From Proteromonas lacertae (taxonomy: Eukaryota): a stretch of 64,000 nt of DNA. Shown piece by piece: positions 53,229 to 64,000 of the stretch; within the stretch, counting starts at the first letter, position 1; each line of letters opens with the position of its first letter. The notes below the pieces were generated by a model. That model had not been told where the DNA came from and did no database searches. It worked only from the letters and a program-made list of their open reading frames with translations. The position numbers and the translations under genes were made by a program. The stretch lies in assembly GCA_002245135.1 (NCBI GenBank), contig NGBS01000014.1:1-64000 (forward strand), given 5' to 3'.

Positions 53229-55675
53229 TATATTTGTTGTTTGTACGAATTAAAAAATAGAAAAATTCATTTTGGGGTTATGAAAAATTATCAAAAAATG
53301 CTTGGCTTGTTCATTCACTAAATTTCATTTTGATTTTTGAAATGAATAAACCAAATAGAAGATCCAAAAGTAGATCAAAAAATAATGAAAAGAATAAGAA
53401 TTATAAAATCGTAAAATGTAGTTCAAATGATTTAGTAGAAGAAAGTTTTGAGTGTGAATATGTTTTAGCGTTCTTGTATTTATTTTTAAAAGACATTGAT
53501 AATGTATATTTTTATGGTAATATAAATTTGCTAGACTGTGAAATTTCTTGATAAAGCATTGAAATTATGTAGAAGTGACCAACAAAAATACCATTGTTTA
53601 TTCTATTTGAGTGAGATGTACTACAAGATGGGTAATCTGAAGAAATCAATAAACTACTTGAATAAATCTCTAAATATTCCTAACATAATAAATAATAAAT
53701 TCAATTGTAATTACTGTTTAGCTCAATGTTATTATGAAGATGTATATTATATATATATATATATATATGATAATAAACACTAGAGAAATTATGGTGAATG
53801 TTTATCTCATTTATCTGCTTCAATAAAACACTGTTCATCCTCTAATAATAAATATGGCTGTAATATACTGTATGGAAAATGTTATTCGTTGATTGTATAA
53901 ATATATAATATAATAAATGCTTATATATATGTATATATATAATAGAATATGAATAAAGAATCAATCCATCATTTTAAAGAATCTTTGAAATATGCAAATT
54001 CAAAAATGAAGAAGAATATTTGTTGTGATTTATTGAGTAAAGAATACATGAGAATTGTATATATAAAATGGTAATTAATGATTAATAGAATGAGTTTATC
54101 CTTGGAATAGGTTATAGTAAAGCATGTTTATTATACAGTGTTTATGATGAAGAAAGACTAGAAATGTACGAACGAATAATTGATTATTATGAGAAGCAAG
54201 AAAACTATAAAGAATTAATTCGTTATTTGGAATTGGAAATAGAGATATGTAAGAATGAAGAAGAAAAGAATAAATTGATTGAATTATTGGCAGAATATAA
54301 AAGAAAATTAAAAAATAAGAGAGAAGAGAATATAAAAAGAAGTTTCGAAGAAGAAGAAGAAAAGAAAGAAAAAGAATTAATTAAACAACTAACAGTTGTT
54401 AATAGATATTCAATGGATTTGTCAAACAAATATGAAAGAGAAAAGAAAAAAGCATTTGATTATTATAATATAAAGGAATATATGAAAGTATAGTTATATA
54501 TTCAATATATTTTTATCATTTAAGGCAATTGAGTGTTTTAAAAATGCTTTAAAGAATGCATATACAATAGTCCAAGTAAATAACTGTAATATTAATATAA
54601 GCAATTGCTATAGTTTATTAGTATGTTGTATTATGTATATTTTTAGAAAATGGATGATAAAATAATTCCACACATCAAAGCTGCAGTGGAATCATCTTAT
54701 TCTGATCATAGAAGATATGAATGTTGTTGTTATGTAGTAAATACTTATGTCAAAGTTGTATTTTTGTTTTATTGTTTTAATTAAATTATATAATAGGGAA
54801 ATAAGAAGAAGGCATATGAATATCAAAAAGAGACAATGAAATACGCTTATACTAATGAAGAAAAATACAAATGTAATGTTAATTTAGCAAAATTATTGAA
54901 TAGTTATGTATATATATATATATATATATTATTTTAGGAAGACTTAGAAGATAAAATAAAGTATTATGAAATTGCATTGAAATATGCCACAACACAAGAA
55001 GATAAGAATTCATGTTATACTGTATTGAGTTTATTGTCTAATTTAATGGTATATTCTGATGATTATTGTGTTTTTAGATGAATTATGATATGTCAATTAA
55101 ATATTGCACAGAATTACTAAAGACAGCTACTACAAAACAAGATAAATTCAATTGTAATAACACTTTAGGAATTAATTATATGATTAAAGTATTTTCTATT
55201 TTTTTGTTATATGTAATGTATATATTAGAAAGATTTTGAAACAGGATTAAAGTATTTCAGAGATGCTACAATTTATGCATCTACAGACTATGATAAAGCT
55301 GTTGCTTTTTATGTAATAGGAACAACTTATTGTTGTTTAGTATTTGTTTTATTTAATGATAATATATAGGAAAAATTTGAAGAAGCTATATCTGCAATAG
55401 AATCTTCATTTGGATTATTAAAAAATGTAAAGGAAGGATGTTACAATTGCAGAAAGATATTAGGTTATTGCTATTTAAAAATTGTATAATTTTATCTAAT
55501 AATGAATAATAGGGAAAATATGAAGAAGCTGTTGATCATTGGATATATACAACCAAAAATGCTCCATCAAAAGATGATAAATACATATCAAATCAAAATT
55601 TAGGGTTATGTTATATATTTTTGGTATTAATACATTGTAATTTTATTAATATAGAATAAACCTAAAGAAGCAATT
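53229..55675 (+). repeat. Tandem duplication block, near-identical to 58190-60652
   Basis: Mirrored ORFs (53330/58291, 54164/59133); differences are mainly (TA)n intron length and a few substitutions. Confidence 0.92.
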
Positions 55676-58175
55676 ACAAATTTGGAAAGGAGTCTGATGT
55701 ATTGTTCATCTGATGATAATAAGTGTAGAACATATGTATTTCTATCCAAATGCTACTCAAAATCTGTATATCAATATTTCTGTAATATTTAGGGAAATGA
55801 TGAAAAAGCTAAAGAATATTGCTCAAAAGCTAAAAATTCTACTAATGATCCTAAAAAGAAAAGAATAATAGATGAAGATATTGGAACTGCTTTTATTGAT
55901 GAAAATAATGATGAAAAAGAAGTAAAAGTAATACCTATTGATCATCAGGAATTTTTATTAAAAGGTTTAAAAGAAAAGAATTATGAGAGTAGTGAAGGAT
56001 GTAATGATAAACCAACAAATAAAAATGATGAAGCTATCTTATCTGATAATGTAAATGATTTTGCATTAGTATATAATTGTTGTTGTTATTATAAATAGGA
56101 AATAGAAAAATGTATTTTAGCAGCAGATAAGCCTTTAGGAAACTTTCGACAATATGAAATGAACTTTACAGTAAGTGAAGATTATCGTAACAAAGTATAA
56201 GTATGGCTAATTAGTTTTACTAGAAACTATATGAAAAACAACTTCAGTATCTTGAAGAAGCAATGAAATATGTAGAAACAAATGCTGATAAATACTTAAT
56301 TTATACTAGAATAGGAAAATGTTTATTCAACAGTGTATAAATATCATTCAATATATATAATACAATAGCAGAAGAAAGAAGAAGCTATATCTTACTTTAA
56401 AACTGCATTAGACTATCTTCCATCTGATGAGAATTATTTTTACTGTAATTTGAGAATAGCTGAATGTTATAAATACCTTGTATTTATGAGAATATATTTT
56501 ATCAATAGAAGAAATATGAAGAAGCAATCAAATATTATTGTAAAGCTGTTAAACATTCAACCAAAAAAGAGACTGTATATAAATGTAAAAAAATGATTGG
56601 CATCTGTTATACATATATTGTATTCTACTCATTTTATTTGATAGAGAGAAAGAGGAAAAGCAGTTGAATCATTTAAAGAAGCATTAAAATATATTTCATC
56701 CAATGATGATAAATATGAATGTAATTGTCTATTAGCATCATTGTATTATGTGATGGTATATTTATATCATTTAATTACACATATAGAAAGAATATAAATC
56801 AGCAATAGAATGTGGAAGAGAATCATTGAAGAATGCTTCAACAGAAGAAAAGAAACTATCACCATTAAACACAATAGCCACTAGTTATTATTTCTCTGTA
56901 TTATTCTTTTTTTCTTATAAATTCAGGGAGAATTTGAATCTTCAATTGAGTATTTTGAGTCATTAATGAATTTAACGAAAAAAGAGAATGACAAAATCAG
57001 ATATATGAGACATTTAGGTGATTGTTACATCAAAGTTGTATATTTTTTAAAATGTAATACTTTATTAGAAACAATATGAAAAAGCAATCTCTACTTTATT
57101 GTCTTTATCAAAAGTTGCTTATTGTATAAGAGATAAACATAATGCAAATTATTTTTTAGCATTATGTTATAGCATTCTTGTATATACATATATAGAAATA
57201 ATTAATATATGAAATAGAATAAAGAAAAAGAAGCTATTCAATATATGGAGAAGGGCTTGTTATACTCTACAACTGATGAAGAGAAATATCAAACAAATAA
57301 CTGTTTAGGAAGATTTCATTTGAAAATTGTATATTATTCAATTATAATGTAAAAAGGGACATTATGATAAAGGATGTGATTATTATACGAAATGTAGGAA
57401 TTATGCAATCAATGAAAGTCAAAAAGAGGAATGTGATAAATATATTGGTTTTTCTTATTTTCAAAGAGTATATCATTTATATGATTATGAATATAGGGAA
57501 AATATACAGAAGCAATTCCATTTTTTAAATCTTTTATAAAACTAACAAAGAATGAAAATGATATAATTGAATATAAACATAGGTTATGTGAATGTTACCT
57601 CAAAACAGTATATTATATAATACTAAATGAATTTAATAGAATCAATATGAAAAAGCAATTCCCTGTTTATTGTTTTTATTGAAAGTTGCAAATAATAAAA
57701 GTGATAAATATTATTCCTATATTCATTTAGGAAGATGTTACTATTTAGTAGTATATTTTATTATATAAATATGAAATAGGATAAACCAAAAGAATCTGTT
57801 CAATATTTAGAAAAGAGTCTGATATATTCTACAACTAATGAAGAGAAATGCAAAGCATATAATTGTTTAGGAACAACCTATATAAAAATTGTATATTATT
57901 CTTTTATAATGTAAAAGAGAGAATTTGATAAAGCTTGTGATTATTTGATGAAGTGTAAGAAATTTATATCTAATGATGATGATAAAGAAGAAACTGATAG
58001 ATTATTAGGTATTTCATTTTTTCAAAGCGTATATTTATTTTGTATATGACAAATATAGGGAAGATACAGAGAAGCTATTCCATATTTGGAAAATACATTA
58101 AGAGTATCGAAAGATATCAAAGTATTATATACATTTAAAACTTTTATGGATATATGCTATTCACAAATATCTTAA
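53342..58175 (+). CDS. TPR-repeat protein, copy 1 (~30 exons, mostly 111-nt phase-0 cassettes)
   Basis: Exons such as 54797-54907, 54938-55048 and 55078-55188 are each 111 nt / 37 aa with the TPR pattern (A..Y...L ... LG..Y); spliced frame ends ...CYSQIS* at 58175. Confidence 0.85.
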
Positions 58176-58302
58176 ATATTCATTTTTTCTATATTTGTTG
58201 TTTGTACGAATTAAAAAATAGAAAAATTCATTTTGGGGTTATGAAAAATTATCAAAAAATGCTTGGCTTGTTCATTCACTAAATTTCATTTTGATTTTTG
58301 AA

Positions 58303-58701
58303 ATGAATAAACCAAATAGAAGATCCAAAAGTAGATCAAAAAATAATGAAAAGAATAAGAATTATAAAATCGTAAAATGTAGTTCAAATGATTTAGTAGA
58401 AGAAAGTTTTGAGTGTGAATATGTTTTAGCGTTCTTGTATTTATTTTTAAAAGACATTGATAATGTATATTTTTATGGTAATATAAATTTGCTAGACTGT
58501 GAAATTTCTTGATAAAGCATTGAAATTATGTAGAAGTGACCAACAAAAATACCATTGTTTATTCTATTTGAGTGAGATGTACTACAAGATGGGTAATCTG
58601 AAGAAATCAATAAACTACTTGAATAAATCTCTAAATATTCCTAACATAATAAATAATAAATTCAATTGTAATTACTGTTTAGCTCAATGTTATTATGAAG
58701 A

Positions 58702-58738
<37 letters not shown>

Positions 58739-59873
58739 ATAATAAACACTAGAGAAATTATGGTGAATGTTTATCTCATTTATCTGCTTCAATAAAACAC
58801 TGTTCATCCTCTAATAATAAATATGGCTGTAATATACTGTATGGAAAATGTTATTCGTTGATTGTATAAATATATAATATAATAAATGCTTATATATATG
58901 TATATATATAATAGAATATGAATAAAGAATCAATCCATCATTTTAAAGAATCTTTGAAATATGCAAATTCAAAAATGAAGAAGAATATTTGTTGTGATTT
59001 ATTGAGTAAAGAATACATGAGAATTGTATATATAAAATGGTAATTAATGATTAATAGAATGAGTTTATCCTTGGAATAGGTTATAGTAAAGCATGTTTAT
59101 TATACAGTGTTTATGATGAAGAAAGACTAGAAATGTACGAACGAATAATTGATTATTATGAGAAGCAAGAAAACTATAAAGAATTAATTCGTTATTTGGA
59201 ATTGGAAATAGAGATATGTAAGAATGAAGAAGAAAAGAATAAATTGATTGAATTATTGGCAGAATATAAAAGAAAATTAAAAAATAAGAGAGAAGAGAAT
59301 ATAAAAAGAAGTTTCGAAGAAGAAGAAGAAAAGAAAGAAAAAGAATTAATTAAACAACTAACAGTTGTTAATAGATATTCAATGGATTTGTCAAACAAAT
59401 ATGAAAGAGAAAAGAAAAAAGCATTTGATTATTATAATATAAAGGAATATATGAAAGTATAGTTATATATTCAATATATTTTTATCATTTAAGGCAATTG
59501 AGTGTTTTAAAAATGCTTTAAAGAATGCATATACAATAGTCCAAGTAAATAACTGTAATATTAATATAAGCAATTGCTATAGTTTATTAGTATGTTGTAT
59601 TATGTATATTTTTAGAAAATGGATGATAAAATAATTCCACACATCAAAGCTGCAGTGGAATCATCTTATTCTGATCATAGAAGATATGAATGTTGTTGTT
59701 ATGTAGTAAATACTTATGTCAAAGTTGTATTTTTGTTTTATTGTTTTAATTAAATTATATAATAGGGAAATAAGAAGAAGGCATATGAATATCAAAAAGA
59801 GACAATGAAATACGCTTATACTAATGAAGAAAAATACAAATGTAATGTTAATTTAGCAAAATTATTGAATAGT

Positions 59874-59910
<37 letters not shown>

Positions 59911-62553
59911 TTAGGAAGACTTAGAAGATAAAATAAAGTATTATGAAATTGCATTGAAATATGCCACAACACAAGAAGATAAGAATTCATGTTATACTGT
60001 ATTGAGTTTATTGTCTAATTTAATGGTATATTCTGATGATTATTGTGTTTTTAGATGAATTATGATATGTCAATTAAATATTGCACAGAATTACTAAAGA
60101 CAGCTACTACAAAACAAGATAAATTCAATTGTAATAACACTTTAGGAATTAATTATATGATTAAAGTATTTTCTATTTTTTTGTTATATGTAATGTATAT
60201 ATTAGAAAGATTTTGAAACAGGATTAAAGTATTTCAGAGATGCTACAATTTATGCATCTACAGACTATGATAAAGCTGTTGCTTTTTATGTAATAGGAAC
60301 AACTTATTGTTGTTTAGTATTTGTTTTATTTAATGATAATATATAGGAAAAATTTGAAGAAGCTATATCTGCAATAGAATCTTCATTTGGATTATTAAAA
60401 AATGTAAAGGAAGGATGTTACAATTGCAGAATGCTATTAGGTTATTGCTATTTAAAAATTGTATAATTTTATCTACTAATGAATAATAGGGAAAATATGA
60501 AGAAGCTGTTGATCATTGGATATATACAACCAAAAATGCTCCATCAAAAGATGATAAATACATATCATATCAAAATTTAGGGTTATGTTATATATTTTTG
60601 GTATTAATACATTGTAATTTTATTAATATAGAATAAACCTAAAGAAGCAATTCCTTATTTAGAAAAAAGTCTGATGTATTGTTCATCTGATGATAATAAG
60701 TGTAGAACATATATGAATTTGGTAACTTGTTATTCAAAATTAGTATAACAGTGAGTTACATATTGTAGGAAAATGGAGAAAAAATCAAAGACTATTTAAT
60801 TATAGCAAGAGAATATACTTCAAATCCTGACATAATAAGTAAAATTGATGAAAGTATTGGAATTGCATATACTGCACTTGTATATGAAAAATATATATGT
60901 TTATTTATTAATAATAGCAAAATGGAAAACTAGCTAAGAAATATATTAATAGATCATGTGGATATGATCCTAATAAAGAAGATGATGAAGATGATGATAG
61001 TTACACAATTGAGTTAGAGAATGGAAGAGGAGAAAATATATCAACTGAAGAAGAAGAATTAATATTGAGAGGTGTTAAAGAAAATAATAAGTATTTTATT
61101 GAAGAACATACAATCAGAGAAAGTATTAGGACTGCTTTGTCATTTTTTAACAGAAAAGACTATGGAATAGTATTTTTTCAATCAATATTTCTTTGTAGGC
61201 AATAAATATCTATAAAATGATATTAGATGAAGCTTTGGATAGTGGAAGGTTATTTGATGTGAATTTTACAATAAGTGAATGTTATTATTTTTTAGTATAT
61301 ATTGCTTGTTTTATTTATTGTAGAAACAATATGATAATCAACTTCCTTATATAAAAGAATCATTGAAGTATGCTATAACAAAAGGCAAAAAGTATATCTG
61401 TTATATTAGAATGGGGAATTGCTTATTTAGTAATGTATTTAATACTGTAGTTTATAATTCATAGAATGAAATAGAAAATGCAATATACTGTTTTGAAAAG
61501 GCTTATGACTGTATAACAGAAGATGGAATATTATCATATGGACCTTCATTGAAATACAAAACAGTAAAGGAGAACTATTATTATTGTAATATGAGAATAG
61601 CTGATTGCCACAAAATTCTTGTATTTATTATCATTTTATATCAACAGAGAAAATACGAAGAAGCAATCAAATACTATATTAAAGCAACTGAGTTTTCAAT
61701 AACTACGAAAGAAACATTTGAATGTAAAATGGAGATAGGAAAATGTTATTCGTCTCTTGTATTTATCTGTTTCTATTAAATAGGATAAAATAGAAAAAGC
61801 AGTTGAATCATTTAAAGAAGCATTAAAATATATTTCATCCAATGATGATAAATATGAATGTAATTGTCTATTAGCATTATTGTATTATGTGATGGTATAT
61901 TTATATCATTTAATTACACATATAGAAAGAATATAAATCAGCAATAGAATGTGGAAGAGAATCATTGAAGAATGCTTCAACAGAAGAAAAGAAACTATCA
62001 CCATTAAACACAATAGCCACTAGTTATTATTTCTCTGTATTATTCTTTTTTTCTTATAAATTCAGGGAGAATTTGAATCTTCAATTCCATTCTTTGAATC
62101 GTTAATGAAACTAACAAAGAATGAAAAAGACATTATGAAATATGAAAGACTTCTGAGTGAATGTTATTATAAAATAGTATATAATATATAATCCTTATTT
62201 GATGTAATAGAATGAATATGAAAAATCAATTCCTTATCTATTATCTTTATCCAAAACAGCAGATAATAAAAGTGATAAATATTATTCAAATTTTAATTTA
62301 GGATTATGTTATAAAAGTAATAAGCCAAAAGAAGCAATTCCATATTTCGAAAAGAGTCTGATATACTCTTCATCTGATGAAGAGAAATGCAGAATATACA
62401 TATGTTTAGGAGACTGTTACAAAGCAATAGTATAGTAACTAATTTGTTATAATATAGGGAAATGATGAGAAAGCAAATGAATATTTCTTTAGGTGTGAAA
62501 AAAATGAATGTAATAATAAAGAGGAACAATCAGATGAATTAATAGGGATTTAA
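58303..62553 (+). CDS. TPR-repeat protein, copy 2 (cassette exons, different C-terminal cassette set)
   Basis: Same start as copy 1; last exon GNDEKANEYFFRCEK...LIGI* stops at 62553. Confidence 0.82.
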
Positions 62554-62657
62554 TCAAGTATATCAAACGTTTTTATGAAAGAAATATTCTAATTATTCAT
62601 AATATGTTATTATAATTGTTTTAATCATTGAAAATAATGAATAAACTAATTATTCAG

Positions 62658-63749
62658 TTAATGAAACATTCGAAAATCTAAAATACCTTCAGGTTTAGTT
62701 TTTAAAATATCATCTATCTCTTTCATTACATCATCAGTCAATTTTGGTAATATTTCTAAACATTTTAAATTTTCCTCAAGTTGTTCTTTCTTTGTTGCTC
62801 CTAATAACATCACATTTACATTCTTATTCTTTAATACCCATGCTAAATTCAATAAACTCAAACTACATCCCAACTTATCACTCACTTTCTTCAATTCTAT
62901 CAAAGCAATGTTCAATTCATCTAAGGATTTAAATGGAGTATCTTTTAAAACCATTCCATTCAAGAGATTCTCCATTCCAGGTAAATCTAATCTACTTCCT
63001 TTTGGTATTCCATTAATGTATTTTCCACTTAATACTCCACTTGATAATGGAGACCAAATTGTCAAACCAAGTTTATCACTTTCATATAAATAGCTAAACT
63101 CTTTTTCTACTTTTGTACGATGTATTGAGTTGTATTGTGGTTGTTCAACCACTGGACCAATTAAACCTAAACGATGACTTATCTCTTACACTTAAATTAA
63201 AGAATATAAATATTATATTGTTAAAAAGAAAAATGATATAATTGCTCTAGTGATTTGATCAGCACTCCATTCACTAGTTCCCCAATATAAAGCCATTCCT
63301 TTGTTAATTACATAATCAAATGCTCTTACTATCTCTTCAACTGGAGTAAATTTATCAGGTCTATGGCAGAATACTACATCTACATATTCTAAATCCAATC
63401 TATCTAATGAAGCTGTTAAGCCTTCTACTATATGTTTTCTGGATAAACCACTCTCATTTACATATCTTTTCTCACCTTTACCAACTGGACTCCAGAATAA
63501 TTTAGTTGATACAACATAACCACTTCTTCTCACTCCTAATTGTTTTAATGCTTTACCTAATATCTCTTCAGATTTACCATCACCATAGATTTCGGCAGTG
63601 TCAAAGAAATTTATTCCACTTTCAAAGGCTTTCTTCACTAATTCACTGCCTAATTCTTCATTAACTTGAACTCCAAAGACAAAAGTACCAAAACCAACTT
63701 TTGATACTTTTAAACCTGTATTTCCCAAGAAATTATACTCCATTTCCAT
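62658..63749 (-). CDS. Aldo-keto reductase, voltage-gated K+ channel beta-subunit (KCNAB)-like; 2 exons
   Basis: LGNTGLKVS, FFDTAEIYGDG, VVSTKLFW, GLSRKHIVEG, FCHRPD, YWGTSEWSA, EQPQYN and WSPLSSGVLSGKY. Confidence 0.92.
63186..63239 (-). other. Probable U12-type (minor spliceosome) intron with AT-AA termini, 54 nt
   Basis: 5' ATATCATTT, branch-like TTCTTTAAT about 10 nt from the 3' end; removal restores ITRAI/EISHRLGLIGP. Confidence 0.7.
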
Positions 63750-64000
63750 TAATTATCAAAAGATAAAATCCAAATCTGAATATCTTGACAATTATTTTGA
63801 CAATTTCGGTTATACAATAAATATCTCAACAAAACACCTATGTGATAATATTATTTTCATTTATTAATCGCACATGTATTATACTTAATAATAAAACATT
63901 AAAATTATGATTTAAATCATCATAATATAAATAATCTCAAAACTTCTATTATATAACTAATTACTTGTATTAAATAAGATAATAGATTTAAATCAGTACC

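Noticed and set aside
10735..59910. (TA)n and (AAT)n microsatellites as regulatory arrays
   Set aside because: Ordinary slippage tracts in introns and poly-Asn coding runs; lengths differ freely between duplicate copies.
53342..62553. CRISPR-like array or alternative genetic code to explain the ~140-bp periodicity and frequent stops
   Set aside because: The periodicity is exon plus GT-AG intron; stops lie in introns and genes end in standard TAA/TAG.
9837..63749. Stop codons created by polyadenylation (known in Blastocystis)
   Set aside because: Every gene end I could trace has a genomic stop codon; no case is supportable without transcripts.

Overview
Very AT-rich, gene-dense eukaryotic DNA with abundant tiny (~25-45 nt) GT-AG introns, so the ORF track fragments most genes. 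The style fits a Blastocystis-like stramenopile protist (inference only). In order: a giant HECT E3 ligase (minus strand, frameshifted near the window edge), AFG2/SPATA5, a 6.8-kb Mutator-like transposon with 2.3-kb TIRs and a 9-bp TSD, a hAT remnant, inositol monophosphatase, a ~10-kb acidic repetitive gene and PRP28/DDX23. Next comes a ~10-kb palindrome whose ~4-kb arms each carry SHMT, U2 snRNA and a pseudokinase-LRR gene, around a unique membrane-protein gene. After it are two unknown genes, a DAP1-like gene, a SET + tandem CHHC zinc-finger gene, TRAP1, two tandem TPR genes built from 111-nt phase-0 exon cassettes, and a Kv-beta-like aldo-keto reductase with a probable AT-AA minor (U12) intron. 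Highlights: both palindrome arm ends fall in first introns, giving twin genes with different first exons (one SHMT carries an NLS-like KRRK); the modular TPR cassette genes; the long-TIR MULE; and the SET-CHHC fusion. All coordinates and alignments were made by eye.
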